Source of the DNA: an uncultured bacterium
GTDB lineage: Bacteria > Krumholzibacteriota > Krumholzibacteriia > LZORAL124-64-63
DNA length: 64,000 nt
NCBI GenBank assembly: GCA_963727525.1
Contig: CAVSGO010000007.1
Span: forward strand, 384,001 to 448,000
Direction: 5' to 3'
Each line of letters begins with the position of its first letter. Positions within the stretch are counted from its first letter, which is position 1. The position numbers were made by a program, and so were the translations under genes. The notes beneath the pieces were generated by a model, which did not search any database, had not been told where the DNA came from, and saw only the letters and a program-made list of their open reading frames with translations. Positions 1 to 8,668 of the stretch are shown piece after piece.

Positions 1-3000
1 CGAGATGCGAATGGCGAGCGACGGGCGCGAGGGCTGGTCGAGCAGCGGCGTGGCGGGCTCGGCGTGCGTGTTGGCGTCGTCGGTGACGGTGGCGGCGAGC
101 ACGAGCAGGCGCGGGTCGTCGGGCAGGTGGAGCTTGCCGTCCTTCACCGTGAAGGGCGCGCCGTCGAAGCGGTAGAAGTTGGTGAACACATAGGGCTCGT
201 TGTGGCCGTCGGCGGCGTGGCGGTGGGTGACCACCAGGCCGAGGTCGGCGTGCTGCACGTAGGCCGGCACCATCTCGTCGGGGTCGTGCACGATCTCGTG
301 GCCGACGACGCGGCTGTCCCACTGGCCGAAGAAGGCGCGACCGTCGGGCACGCCGGCCACGTTGCCAACGCCCGTGGGCGTGACGGCGCAGGCGAGCACC
401 TGGACGCGGCCATCACGGGGCAGGTCGATCACCTGGCCGCGGCACGCCACCAGGTTCTTCGCGCCCTGCGCGCGAGGGCCGGTCCGGAACGTCACGCCGT
501 CGCGCACGAAGGTGGCGGGCACGATCTCCGACGGCAGGCTGTGGCCCTGGCCGTCGAAGTCGCCGTCGGCGGGGGCGGCGTCGCTGCTGATGCCGTCGAG
601 GTTCCAGGGCAGGTCGATAGGCGTGCTCGTGGGTGGCGCGAGTCGCTGGTCCACGGGCGCGAGGTCGAGGGCGAAGGTGCGCACGCCGAATGCCGGCAGG
701 GTGCAGTGCAGCAGGCCGTCGGTGACGGTCACGTCCTTGCCGGTGTCGATCGCCACCTCGTCGCCGCGCAGCTCGCGCACGGCGGTGATCGGCACGATCG
801 CCTGCAGCTCGACGCTGGCGTCGGGCCTGCCGCTGGTTTCGACCAGCCGCACCACCAGACCGCGACCGTCCTCGGCCATCTTGAGGGCCTTGATCGCGAT
901 CTGCGGGTCGTCGCCCTTCAGGCTCACGAACGAGACGCTGCGACCGAGCGGCCCCGGGTGTTTCTGGTCGCAGGCGAAGGCCAGCAGCGGCTGGTTGAGG
1001 CGGTCGGCCTGACGCGGCGCCTCCGGGTGCCAGGTCGGGCCGTGGCCCATCATGCCGAGGCGAATGAGGTGGTGGCCCAGGTCCATCGACTTCTGGTCCT
1101 CCACCCATTGCCACTTCGCGTTGATGGCCGGCGTGTGGATGAGGCTCAGGCGCAGGGTGCCGGCGTCGGGCCGGTCCCAGCCGAAGCGACAGTCGTTCAT
1201 CACGGTGAAACCGAACGTGCCGGACGCATCGGTGACGTCGGCCCAGCGCTGCGCGGGCACCTCGTAGAGCTTGGGTCGATCGAGGCCGCGCTCGATGACG
1301 CCCAGGCCGAGGTCGTACGTCGCCTGCGTGTCGCGCGCCGCGGGGAAGAAGGCGGCTTTGAGCAGCGCACCCTTGGTGCGCCAGTCGATGTCCAGGTCCC
1401 AGACGAGGCGGTCGCCGGCATCGCCGGCCGCCACCGTGAGCGTCTCCTCGATCGTCGATCCGGCCACCTCGTGGTGGAAAGTGAGGCGGCTCATCGCGGC
1501 ACCGGTCTCGACGTGGTCGGGCACGCCGCCCAGGGGCACCTGGGCGTAGGCAGCGGCCAGGAGGTCGTCATAGTCGACCTCCCAGGCGGGCCACTTCGTG
1601 GGCTCATCGTGCAGGAGCTGGAGCATGGGCGGCGCGGCGAGAAGCTCGCGATCGAGCTGCTTGTCGTGTAGCGACACGAGGCCTTCGCTCGCGAAGCGCA
1701 GGCGGTAGCGGTCGGTCTCGAGCGTTCCCGTGGCGGCATCCCAGCGCGAACCAGCCGCGGTCGGCTTCGCTGTGCGCAGGTCATACACGGACTGCCCGCA
1801 CCCGGGGACGCGGGCGAGGAACGTCGTCGCCCCGTCCGCGCTCTGGGCGGGCACCTCGCGGCCGTCGGGGCCGTACACGCGCCCTGCACCGGGCACCGTC
1901 ACGAGATCCTCGCGCGCGAAGCCGAGGGGATTGACCACGATGAACGGCGTGCCGTCGGCCCGCGTATCCAGCCCCCGACTGATTGCCCCCACCGCGTCGG
2001 TGAGCACCTGGGCGAACTCCTGCTGGCTGAGCAGCTCGTCGTTCCAGGAGAAGGGGTAGGCCTCGGGGATCGACGTGCCTGTGAGGTCGTCGTGGAACTC
2101 GTGCCAGAGGAAGCGGGTCCAGGCGCGCTCGAGGGTCTCGCGGGGATAGATCTTGCCGCCAAGCCAGGCGGCAAACGAGGCGGCGCCCTCGGCGGCGCTT
2201 GCGAGCATCTCGTTGCGGCGGTTCCAGCGCTTCATGGCGGCCTCGCTGGTGTAGCAGCCGGCGCCGTGGCTGGTCATGACCAGCTCGCCGTCGTAGCGGG
2301 GCAGGCTCGCCACCTGGGCCGGGGTCAGCTCGCGGAAGAGCTGGTCGGCGCCCGACGAGACCACCTGGACCGGGCCGTCCGAGGCGAGGCTCTGCTCGAG
2401 CATCTGCACCGAACCCTCGGAGGGGCCGCCGCCCACGTCGCCGGTGCCGTAGTACTTCATCGCCACGGCGGGGCCGCCGGCCGCGGTAGTGCGGGCCAGG
2501 GCGGCGACGACGGTGGAATCGCGGCTCACGTCCGACGTGAGGTCGTTGTCGTAAGCTCCTGGATTCAAAGCCGCTACGACCTCGGCACCGCCGACTCCGC
2601 GCCACACGCCCACATCGAAAGGCACGCCGTAGGCCGAGCCCCAGGTGAGCTTCTGGCTGGAGAAGCCGGTCAGACCGCAGTGGCGCATCACGGCCGGCAG
2701 GGCGTAGCCGAAGCCGAAGCAGTCGGGCAGGAAGACGTCGATGCTGCTCACGCCCAGTTCGCGTTTGAACCAGCCGTTGCCGTAGAGTACCTGGCGCATG
2801 AGGGTCTCGGGGGCGGGCATGTTGGTGTCGACGGCGTCCACCCACGAGCCGCACACCTGCCAGCGGCCGGCCTTCACGTAGTCGACCAGACGGGCGTACT
2901 CGGCCGGGTAGTACTCCTGCATGAGCTGATAGCGGAATGCGCCCTCGAAGTTGAAGACGTAGTCGGGGTACTTCTCGAGCAGCGCGAAGTTGTCGTGCAG

Positions 3001-3165
3001 CGTGTTGCGGAGGTACTCGTCGATGGTGGTCTGGATGGTCCAGCGCCACTGGGTGTCCAGGTGGGCTGTGGCTACGGTGTAGACCTTGCCGTCCTCGCCG
3101 GCGGCGCGAACCGCCAGGGGAGCCAGCATCACCGCCAGGAACACGACCACGATCAGCTTGCGCAT
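1..3165 (-). CDS. Secreted glycoside hydrolase family 38 (alpha-mannosidase-like), 3' end beyond window
   Basis: Absent from the ORF track because no stop falls inside the window. Read manually from ATG 3165: signal peptide MRKLIVVVFLAVMLAPLAVRA, then AHLDTQWRW, FNFEGA, GSWV, LPDCFGF and later HEFHDDLTGTS, all GH38 motifs. Confidence 0.9.
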   Translation of the reverse strand, partial: MRKLIVVVFLAVMLAPLAVRAAGEDGKVYTVATAHLDTQWRWTIQTTIDEYLRNTLHDNFALLEKYPDYVFNFEGAFRYQLMQEYYPAEYARLVDYVKAGRWQVCGSWVDAVDTNMPAPETLMRQVLYGNGWFKRELGVSSIDVFLPDCFGFGYALPAVMRHCGLTGFSSQKLTWGSAYGVPFDVGVWRGVGGAEVVAALNPGAYDNDLTSDVSRDSTVVAALARTTAAGGPAVAMKYYGTGDVGGGPSEGSVQMLEQSLASDGPVQVVSSGADQLFRELTPAQVASLPRYDGELVMTSHGAGCYTSEAAMKRWNRRNEMLASAAEGAASFAAWLGGKIYPRETLERAWTRFLWHEFHDDLTGTSIPEAYPFSWNDELLSQQEFAQVLTDAVGAISRGLDTRADGTPFIVVNPLGFAREDLVTVPGAGRVYGPDGREVPAQSADGATTFLARVPGCGQSVYDLRTAKPTAAGSRWDAATGTLETDRYRLRFASEGLVSLHDKQLDRELLAAPPMLQLLHDEPTKWPAWEVDYDDLLAAAYAQVPLGGVPDHVETGAAMSRLTFHHEVAGSTIEETLTVAAGDAGDRLVWDLDIDWRTKGALLKAAFFPAARDTQATYDLGLGVIERGLDRPKLYEVPAQRWADVTDASGTFGFTVMNDCRFGWDRPDAGTLRLSLIHTPAINAKWQWVEDQKSMDLGHHLIRLGMMGHGPTWHPEAPRQADRLNQPLLAFACDQKHPGPLGRSVSFVSLKGDDPQIAIKALKMAEDGRGLVVRLVETSGRPDASVELQAIVPITAVRELRGDEVAIDTGKDVTVTDGLLHCTLPAFGVRTFALDLAPVDQRLAPPTSTPIDLPWNLDGISSDAAPADGDFDGQGHSLPSEIVPATFVRDGVTFRTGPRAQGAKNLVACRGQVIDLPRDGRVQVLACAVTPTGVGNVAGVPDGRAFFGQWDSRVVGHEIVHDPDEMVPAYVQHADLGLVVTHRHAADGHNEPYVFTNFYRFDGAPFTVKDGKLHLPDDPRLLVLAATVTDDANTHAEPATPLLDQPSRPSLAIRIS

Positions 3166-3170
3166 GCGCT

Positions 3171-4505
3171 CTACCTCCGCCTCAGTTTGTCCAGCAGCAC
3201 CGCGCCCAGGATCACCAGGCCCAGCACCACTTTCTGGGTGTAGCTCTCGACGTTCGTCAGGTTCATGCCGTTCTGGATGACGGCGATGATGAAGGCCCCG
3301 ATGAGGGTGCCCAGGATCTTGCCCTCGCCGCCGGACAGGCTGGTGCCGCCCACGACCACGGCGGCGATCACGTAAAGCTCGTACATGAGCCCGTAAGTGG
3401 GCGCTCCGCTCTTGAGTTGTGAGGCCATGACCACGCCGCCCAGACCGGCCAGCGCGCCGCACACCACGTAGGCGAAGAGTAGCACCGCGCCCGTCCGAAC
3501 GCCCGCCAGGCGCGCCGCCTCCTCGTTGCCGCCCACGGCGTAGATGGCGCGGCCCAGAGCCGTGCGTGTCATGAGCAGGTGGCCCAAGGCGTAGAGCAGG
3601 AGCATGAGCCACACGGCCCAGGGGACGCCCAGCCAGGGGTCGTCGCCGCGGCCGAGGGCCGTGGCCATTTCCGGAGCGTCGTAGATGGGGCGTCCGCGCG
3701 CGACGATGTAGGCCACGCCGCTGGCCACCTGCATCATCGCGAGGGTGGCGATGAACGGCGGCAGCCGGAAGCGCACGATCATCGCGCCCGAGAAGGCGCC
3801 GGCCAGACCGCAGAGCGCGATGGCGCCGGCGGCGCCCAGCAGGAGGGCGCCGGCCGAGGCGCCCGCGCCGCCGAGGCCGCGCACGAACCAGGCGCAGACC
3901 ACGGCCGACAGCGCGATGAGGCTACCCACCGAGAGGTCGATGCCGCCGGTCACGATGACCAGGGTCATGCCCACCGCCACGATGGCGATGACGGCGATCT
4001 GACCGGCCACGTTGCGCAGGTTTTCGGCGAGCAGGAAGGTGGGCCAGCGTCGAGACGCCGGCACGACCACCGTCGCGTCGGCCAGACCAGGTAGCGCTCC
4101 ACGTACGGCCTTCGCCACCGGTCGGCTCGCCTCCACGGTGACGAGCCAGCGCCGGTGCGCCGGGGCCGCGGCGAGTCGCTCGGCGGCGGCGCGGATGGCG
4201 GCCGGATCGCCGCTCGCGGTGGCCACTGGCGGGTGTCCGGCATCACGCAGATGGCGTGCGAGGTCGGTGACGAAGAGGCGATCGTCCTCGGTGTCGCGCC
4301 CGACGACGGCCACGGCGTCGTCGGCCTGCAGGTTGCGCGCGAGGTGTTTCGCCACCTGCGTGGCCGCGCCGGCGCCGCTGGGATGCTGATCGGCGATGGT
4401 GAGGACGGAGAACATCGCGCAGAGCAGCAGCAGCACGCCGAGCATGCCATAGCCGGACACCATGCGGCTGGCCAGGCCCGCGAGCGATGTCCGCGAGGCG
4501 TTCAT
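3171..4505 (-). CDS. Sugar ABC transporter permease (RbsC-like) with an extra soluble insert
   Basis: GMTLVIVTGGIDLSVGS, LPPFIATL, AVGGNEEAARLAG and YELYVIAAVVVGGTSLSGG motifs; ATG 4505 overlaps the upstream stop (ATGA). Confidence 0.9.
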   Translation of the reverse strand: MNASRTSLAGLASRMVSGYGMLGVLLLLCAMFSVLTIADQHPSGAGAATQVAKHLARNLQADDAVAVVGRDTEDDRLFVTDLARHLRDAGHPPVATASGDPAAIRAAAERLAAAPAHRRWLVTVEASRPVAKAVRGALPGLADATVVVPASRRWPTFLLAENLRNVAGQIAVIAIVAVGMTLVIVTGGIDLSVGSLIALSAVVCAWFVRGLGGAGASAGALLLGAAGAIALCGLAGAFSGAMIVRFRLPPFIATLAMMQVASGVAYIVARGRPIYDAPEMATALGRGDDPWLGVPWAVWLMLLLYALGHLLMTRTALGRAIYAVGGNEEAARLAGVRTGAVLLFAYVVCGALAGLGGVVMASQLKSGAPTYGLMYELYVIAAVVVGGTSLSGGEGKILGTLIGAFIIAVIQNGMNLTNVESYTQKVVLGLVILGAVLLDKLRRR

Positions 4506-5986
4506 GCCGACACCGCGAGGGCCATGACGTCTTCCTGGGTGGCGCCGGGCACGTCGGTGATCTCGCCGGCGATGCGCCCCTCGCGCATCACCACGATGCG
4601 GTCGCTCATGCCGAGGATCTCCGGCAGCTCGGAGCTGATCATGAGGATGGCCTTGCCGCGATCGGCCAGCTCGTGCATGAGCCGGTAGATCTCGTGCTTG
4701 GCGCCCACGTCGATGCCGCGGGTGGGCTCGTCGAAGATGACGACCTGCGCGTCGCGCTCCAGCCACCGCGCCACGAGCAGCTTCTGCTGGTTGCCGCCCG
4801 AGAGCTGGCCGGCGGGCTGCTGCGGGCCGGTGACCTTCAGGTTCAGACGCGCTGCGTGGCCGGCGAAGGCGGCTGATTCGCGGCGCCGGTCGAGCCAACC
4901 CCAGCGCGACCAGCGGTCGAGATTGCCGAGGGCGAAGTTTTCCAGAGCGCTCAGGCCCAGCACCAATCCCGCGCCCTTGCGGTCCTCCGGCAGCAGGGCC
5001 ACGCCGTGGGCGATCGCGGCGCGGGGCGAGGCTGGGCGCACGGCCTGCCCGTGCAGCGTCACAGTGCCGGACGTGCGCCGCGCGGCCCCGAAGAGGAGGC
5101 GCGCGAGTTCGGTGCGTCCTGCGCCGACGAGTCCGGCCAGTCCGACGATCTCGCCGGCCCGCAACGTGAGGTCGGCGTCCTGCACCGGTCCGCCGCCCAG
5201 TCCGCGCGCGGCGAGCACCACGTCGCCGGGGCGAGCGGTGTGCACGGGAAACTCCTGTTCCAGCGATCGGCCCACCATCAGCTCGATGAGGCGGCGGCGA
5301 TCCAGCTCGGCGCGCGGCCACGTGCCGAGGCAATCGCCGTCACGCATCACGGCGATGCGGTCGGCGAGCGCCAGGATCTCGTTCAGGCGATGGCTCACGA
5401 AGACGAGGCCCAGGCCCTCGTCCCGCAGCGCGCGCAGCACGGCGAAGAGTCGGTCCACCTCCGTGGGCGTGAGCGTGGCGGTGGGTTCATCGAGGATGAG
5501 CACGCGCGCGTCGCCGAGCAGGGCGCGCGCGACCTCCACGAGCTGGCGTTGTGCCACGTCGAGCCGGGCCACGGGAGTCTCGGGATCGAGGCTCAGGCCC
5601 AGGCGGGCGAGAGCCGCCGCGGCCTGTGCGCGCTCATGGCGCGCGGGCAGCAGACGCAGGGCGCCGCGTTCGCGCCCGAGCAGCAGATTGGCGCGCACGC
5701 TGAGGTTGGGCAGCAGGTTCAGCTCCTGGTGCACCACGCTGATCCCGGCCGCGGCCACCTGCCGCGGGGAGAGCCCGGTGACGTCGCGCCCGGCCAGCGT
5801 GATCGTCCCGGCATCGGGACGCGTCGCGCCCGCGCAAATCCTGATCAGCGTGCTCTTGCCGGCTCCGTTCTCGCCGACGAGGGCCACGATCTCGCCGCTA
5901 CCGACGGCGAGGTCGGCCCCCCGCACGGCGACGACGCCGGGATACGCCTTGCGCACGTCGCGTAGCGCGAGCAGCGGCGCGGTCAT
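4502..5986 (-). CDS. Sugar ABC transporter ATP-binding protein (RbsA-like, tandem ABC domains)
   Basis: GENGAGKST, LILDEPT, LSGGNQQK, DEPTRGIDVGAK, ISSELPE; ATGA overlap with the binding-protein gene. Confidence 0.95.
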   Translation of the reverse strand: MTAPLLALRDVRKAYPGVVAVRGADLAVGSGEIVALVGENGAGKSTLIRICAGATRPDAGTITLAGRDVTGLSPRQVAAAGISVVHQELNLLPNLSVRANLLLGRERGALRLLPARHERAQAAAALARLGLSLDPETPVARLDVAQRQLVEVARALLGDARVLILDEPTATLTPTEVDRLFAVLRALRDEGLGLVFVSHRLNEILALADRIAVMRDGDCLGTWPRAELDRRRLIELMVGRSLEQEFPVHTARPGDVVLAARGLGGGPVQDADLTLRAGEIVGLAGLVGAGRTELARLLFGAARRTSGTVTLHGQAVRPASPRAAIAHGVALLPEDRKGAGLVLGLSALENFALGNLDRWSRWGWLDRRRESAAFAGHAARLNLKVTGPQQPAGQLSGGNQQKLLVARWLERDAQVVIFDEPTRGIDVGAKHEIYRLMHELADRGKAILMISSELPEILGMSDRIVVMREGRIAGEITDVPGATQEDVMALAVSA

Positions 5987-6933
5987 CGCGTGTAGAGCTG
6001 GCACGGGATCAGGATCTGTGGTGGCACCGTCTTGCCGGCCAGGTAGTCGGCCACCGCGCCGATCGTGCGCCGGCCGATCTCGAGCGGCTGCTGGACGACG
6101 TCGGCGCTGATCTTGCCGTCGGCGATGGCCTGCCGCGCCTCGGGCACCGCGTCGAAACCGACGATCGCGATCTGACCCGATTTGCCCGCCTTCTCCACGG
6201 CCGCGAGGGCGCCAAGCGCGGAGTCGTCGTTGATGCCGAAGATCGCGTCGAGATCGGGGTGGGACTGCAGGATGTCCTCGGCGGTGCGGAATGCGGTGTC
6301 CTTCATGCCCTTGCCCGAGAGCTTGGCCACGACGTGCACGTCGGGATACGCGGAGGCCAGCTCGCTCTCGAACCCGGCCACGCGCTGGATGACGGACTCG
6401 ACCTCGGGATGATCGATGATGGCCACGTCACCCTGGTTGTTGATGGCCTGCGCCACGGCCTGGGCCGCCAGCTTGCCGCCCGCCACGTTGTCGCTCGCCA
6501 CGTGGCATACGATCTGCGCACCCTCGGCGAGCACGGCGATGTCGGCCGTGAACACGGGGATGCCCGCAGCGTTCGCCGCGGCGATCGCCGTGCCGATCGA
6601 CCGCGAGTCGCACGGGCTGACGATGATCGCGTCGACCTTGCGCACGATGAAGTTCTCGAGCTGATCCTTCTGCCGCGCCACATCGAACTCGCCGGCCTGC
6701 ACGAGCAGTTCGTAGCGATGCGACTCGGCGCCCTCGCGCAGCCCCTGCTCGAGGTCCTGGTAGAACGGATGTGTGCGCGTGAGCAGAGAGACGCCGATCG
6801 TGGCGGCCGGGGCGGCGCGCTGGTCGTCCGCCTTCTTGCCGCCGCCGCAGCCCGCGAGTCCACTCAGGACGAGCAACAGCGGCACACCCAGGAGGCAGAG
6901 CCGGGAACACGGTGAGACGGGGCGGCGGCGCAT
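5983..6933 (-). CDS. Sugar ABC transporter substrate-binding lipoprotein (RbsB-like)
   Basis: Lipobox LAGC; periplasmic binding protein type 1 motifs (AGIPVFTAD, VASDN, FGINDDSALGA, IVGFD). Confidence 0.9.
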   Translation of the reverse strand: MRRRPVSPCSRLCLLGVPLLLVLSGLAGCGGGKKADDQRAAPAATIGVSLLTRTHPFYQDLEQGLREGAESHRYELLVQAGEFDVARQKDQLENFIVRKVDAIIVSPCDSRSIGTAIAAANAAGIPVFTADIAVLAEGAQIVCHVASDNVAGGKLAAQAVAQAINNQGDVAIIDHPEVESVIQRVAGFESELASAYPDVHVVAKLSGKGMKDTAFRTAEDILQSHPDLDAIFGINDDSALGALAAVEKAGKSGQIAIVGFDAVPEARQAIADGKISADVVQQPLEIGRRTIGAVADYLAGKTVPPQILIPCQLYTR

Positions 6934-7079
6934 GGTACCTCCTGGCCGGCAGTGGCGGCCGGGTCCGGGCGACGTGTGGCGGGCGATGCACGCAAAGCTA
7001 GCACCCGGGCCGCGGAGGGTAAAGCGGACCGTCTCGGCAGCGTCGTCTCGGCGGCGTCGTCTCCGCGGAAGCGCGGCGT

Positions 7080-7643
7080 TCAGTCCCAGCCGGCCAGCAG
7101 CACGTCGCGCAACCGCTCGGCCGCGCCGGTCGCGAACGTGGCCGACTCGAGCGAGGCGCGGACGTCATCGAGGTGGCGATTGCCGGTCGTCCAGCGGTAC
7201 TGGCGGGCTTGCAGGCCGAATTCGAGCTGGTCGGCATCGTGGACGAGTCTGGCCTCGATGGTCCGGTTTTCCTTGTATTCCCGCATGAGGTCCGCCCACG
7301 GGGTCGCAACCGGCAGGTCCGCGACGAGCACATCGAGGGCCGCGGTCTCGGCCGTCTCCTTCGCGCCAGGGGGCAGGAGTCGCCCGCCCCGGCGCGGAAT
7401 GTCGCCCACGATGCTCTCGGCGAGATCGTGGATCAGCGCCAGGGTGAGGAGCTTCTCGCGGTCGACGGGCAGGTCGGCCATCGCGCTCAGCACCAGCGCG
7501 ACCATGGCCGTGGCGTAGCTGTGGTCTGCCACCGATTCGGGCTGGGGCACGCCCCTCAGGTGCCAGCCGGTGCGTGGCGTCGTCTTGAGGATGCTGGCCT
7601 GTTGCAACAGCTCCAGCCAGCGCTGGTCATCGCGAATGGACAT
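7080..7643 (-). CDS. HD-domain phosphohydrolase (YfbR/HDDC2-like)
   Basis: LKTTPRTGW, ESVADHSY, ALIHDLAESIVGD, VHDADQLE. Confidence 0.88.
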   Translation of the reverse strand: MSIRDDQRWLELLQQASILKTTPRTGWHLRGVPQPESVADHSYATAMVALVLSAMADLPVDREKLLTLALIHDLAESIVGDIPRRGGRLLPPGAKETAETAALDVLVADLPVATPWADLMREYKENRTIEARLVHDADQLEFGLQARQYRWTTGNRHLDDVRASLESATFATGAAERLRDVLLAGWD

Positions 7644-7768
7644 CGGCTCGTCTCCCGGGTAGGATGCTCGTCGAGCGGGCCGGCGGGCGGCGCAGCGGGT
7701 GCGCTGCGACCCAGACGATAACGCGCCGTGACACCGATGGCCACGCGCTGGCAGGAAGGAGATGGCTC

Positions 7769-8602
7769 GTGAGCGAGCAACCAGGACCGCGGGATGCCCG
7801 GACACGCATCGCCGATCTGATCACGGCGCGCACGGCGACGTCGGCGGGCGATTGGGTGAGTCACGGCGACGCGCCCGAGTTCTGGGGTGACCTCCAGCTC
7901 CTCGCCGGCCCGGATCTGGACGACGATCTCGTGTATCGCGCCTGGGATCCCGAACTCATGCGCCGTATCGTCGTGAAGCTGCTGCCCACGTCGCCAGAGC
8001 TCGCCACCCAGGTCGACACGTACATGGCCCGGGCGCTGGCGCTGGCGACAATCGCGCATCGCCACCTGCTGGGCGTCCTCGGCGCCGAGGTCCACGCCGG
8101 GCGCGCCGGTCTGCGCCTCGAACTGGTGGAGGGGTACGACCTCGCCCATCTGGTACGGCGTGGCGGTCCGCTCCCGGCGGCCGACGTCACCCGCGTCGCT
8201 GCGGAGATCGGTAGCGCGCTGGCGGCCGTGCACGCGGCCGGTCAGATCCATGGGTCCGTGTCGGCCCGTCACGTTCGCACGCGTCCCGACGGCTCGCTCG
8301 TGCTCATGGAGCCAAGCCTCGGTGAGCCGGCGGCGCCGGTGCGCCCGAGCGTGCCGCGCGGCTTCATCGCGTGCGAGGTGCTGGCCGGAGCAATACCGAA
8401 CGCGGCGACCGACGTGTTCGGGCTCGGGGCCACGCTCTGCTACGCGCTTTGCGGCCACACGCCCGACGAGGCCGGCGACGTCGATCTGGAAGCCTTGCGA
8501 CCCGACGTGGCGCCGTCCCTGCTCGCGGCCGCGCGGCGCGCCATCGCCGTCGATCCGGCCGAGCGCGGATCCGCCGCCGACGCCGCCGCGGCCGCCGCGT
8601 AG
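7769..8602 (+). CDS. Ser/Thr protein kinase-fold protein with degenerate catalytic motifs (pseudokinase)
   Basis: VYRAWDPEL..IVVKLL, LELVEG, ALAAVHAAG, TDVFGLGATL are recognisable; GTG 7769 follows GGAAGGAG. Start uncertain. Confidence 0.75.
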   Translation: MSEQPGPRDARTRIADLITARTATSAGDWVSHGDAPEFWGDLQLLAGPDLDDDLVYRAWDPELMRRIVVKLLPTSPELATQVDTYMARALALATIAHRHLLGVLGAEVHAGRAGLRLELVEGYDLAHLVRRGGPLPAADVTRVAAEIGSALAAVHAAGQIHGSVSARHVRTRPDGSLVLMEPSLGEPAAPVRPSVPRGFIACEVLAGAIPNAATDVFGLGATLCYALCGHTPDEAGDVDLEALRPDVAPSLLAAARRAIAVDPAERGSAADAAAAAA

Positions 8603-8668
8603 TGCCCGCGCTCGCGATGTGGTAGACTCTCGGGTGTCGGTACGGTCCCCGGCATGGGAGAGTCGATC

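Noticed and set aside
64-3243. Plus-strand ORFs of 535 and 383 aa
   Set aside because: Antisense to the GH38 gene, which the ORF track missed because it has no stop in the window.
4506-5333. N-terminal extension of the 720-aa permease ORF
   Set aside because: Overlaps the ATPase out of frame; an ATGA-coupled start exists at 4505.
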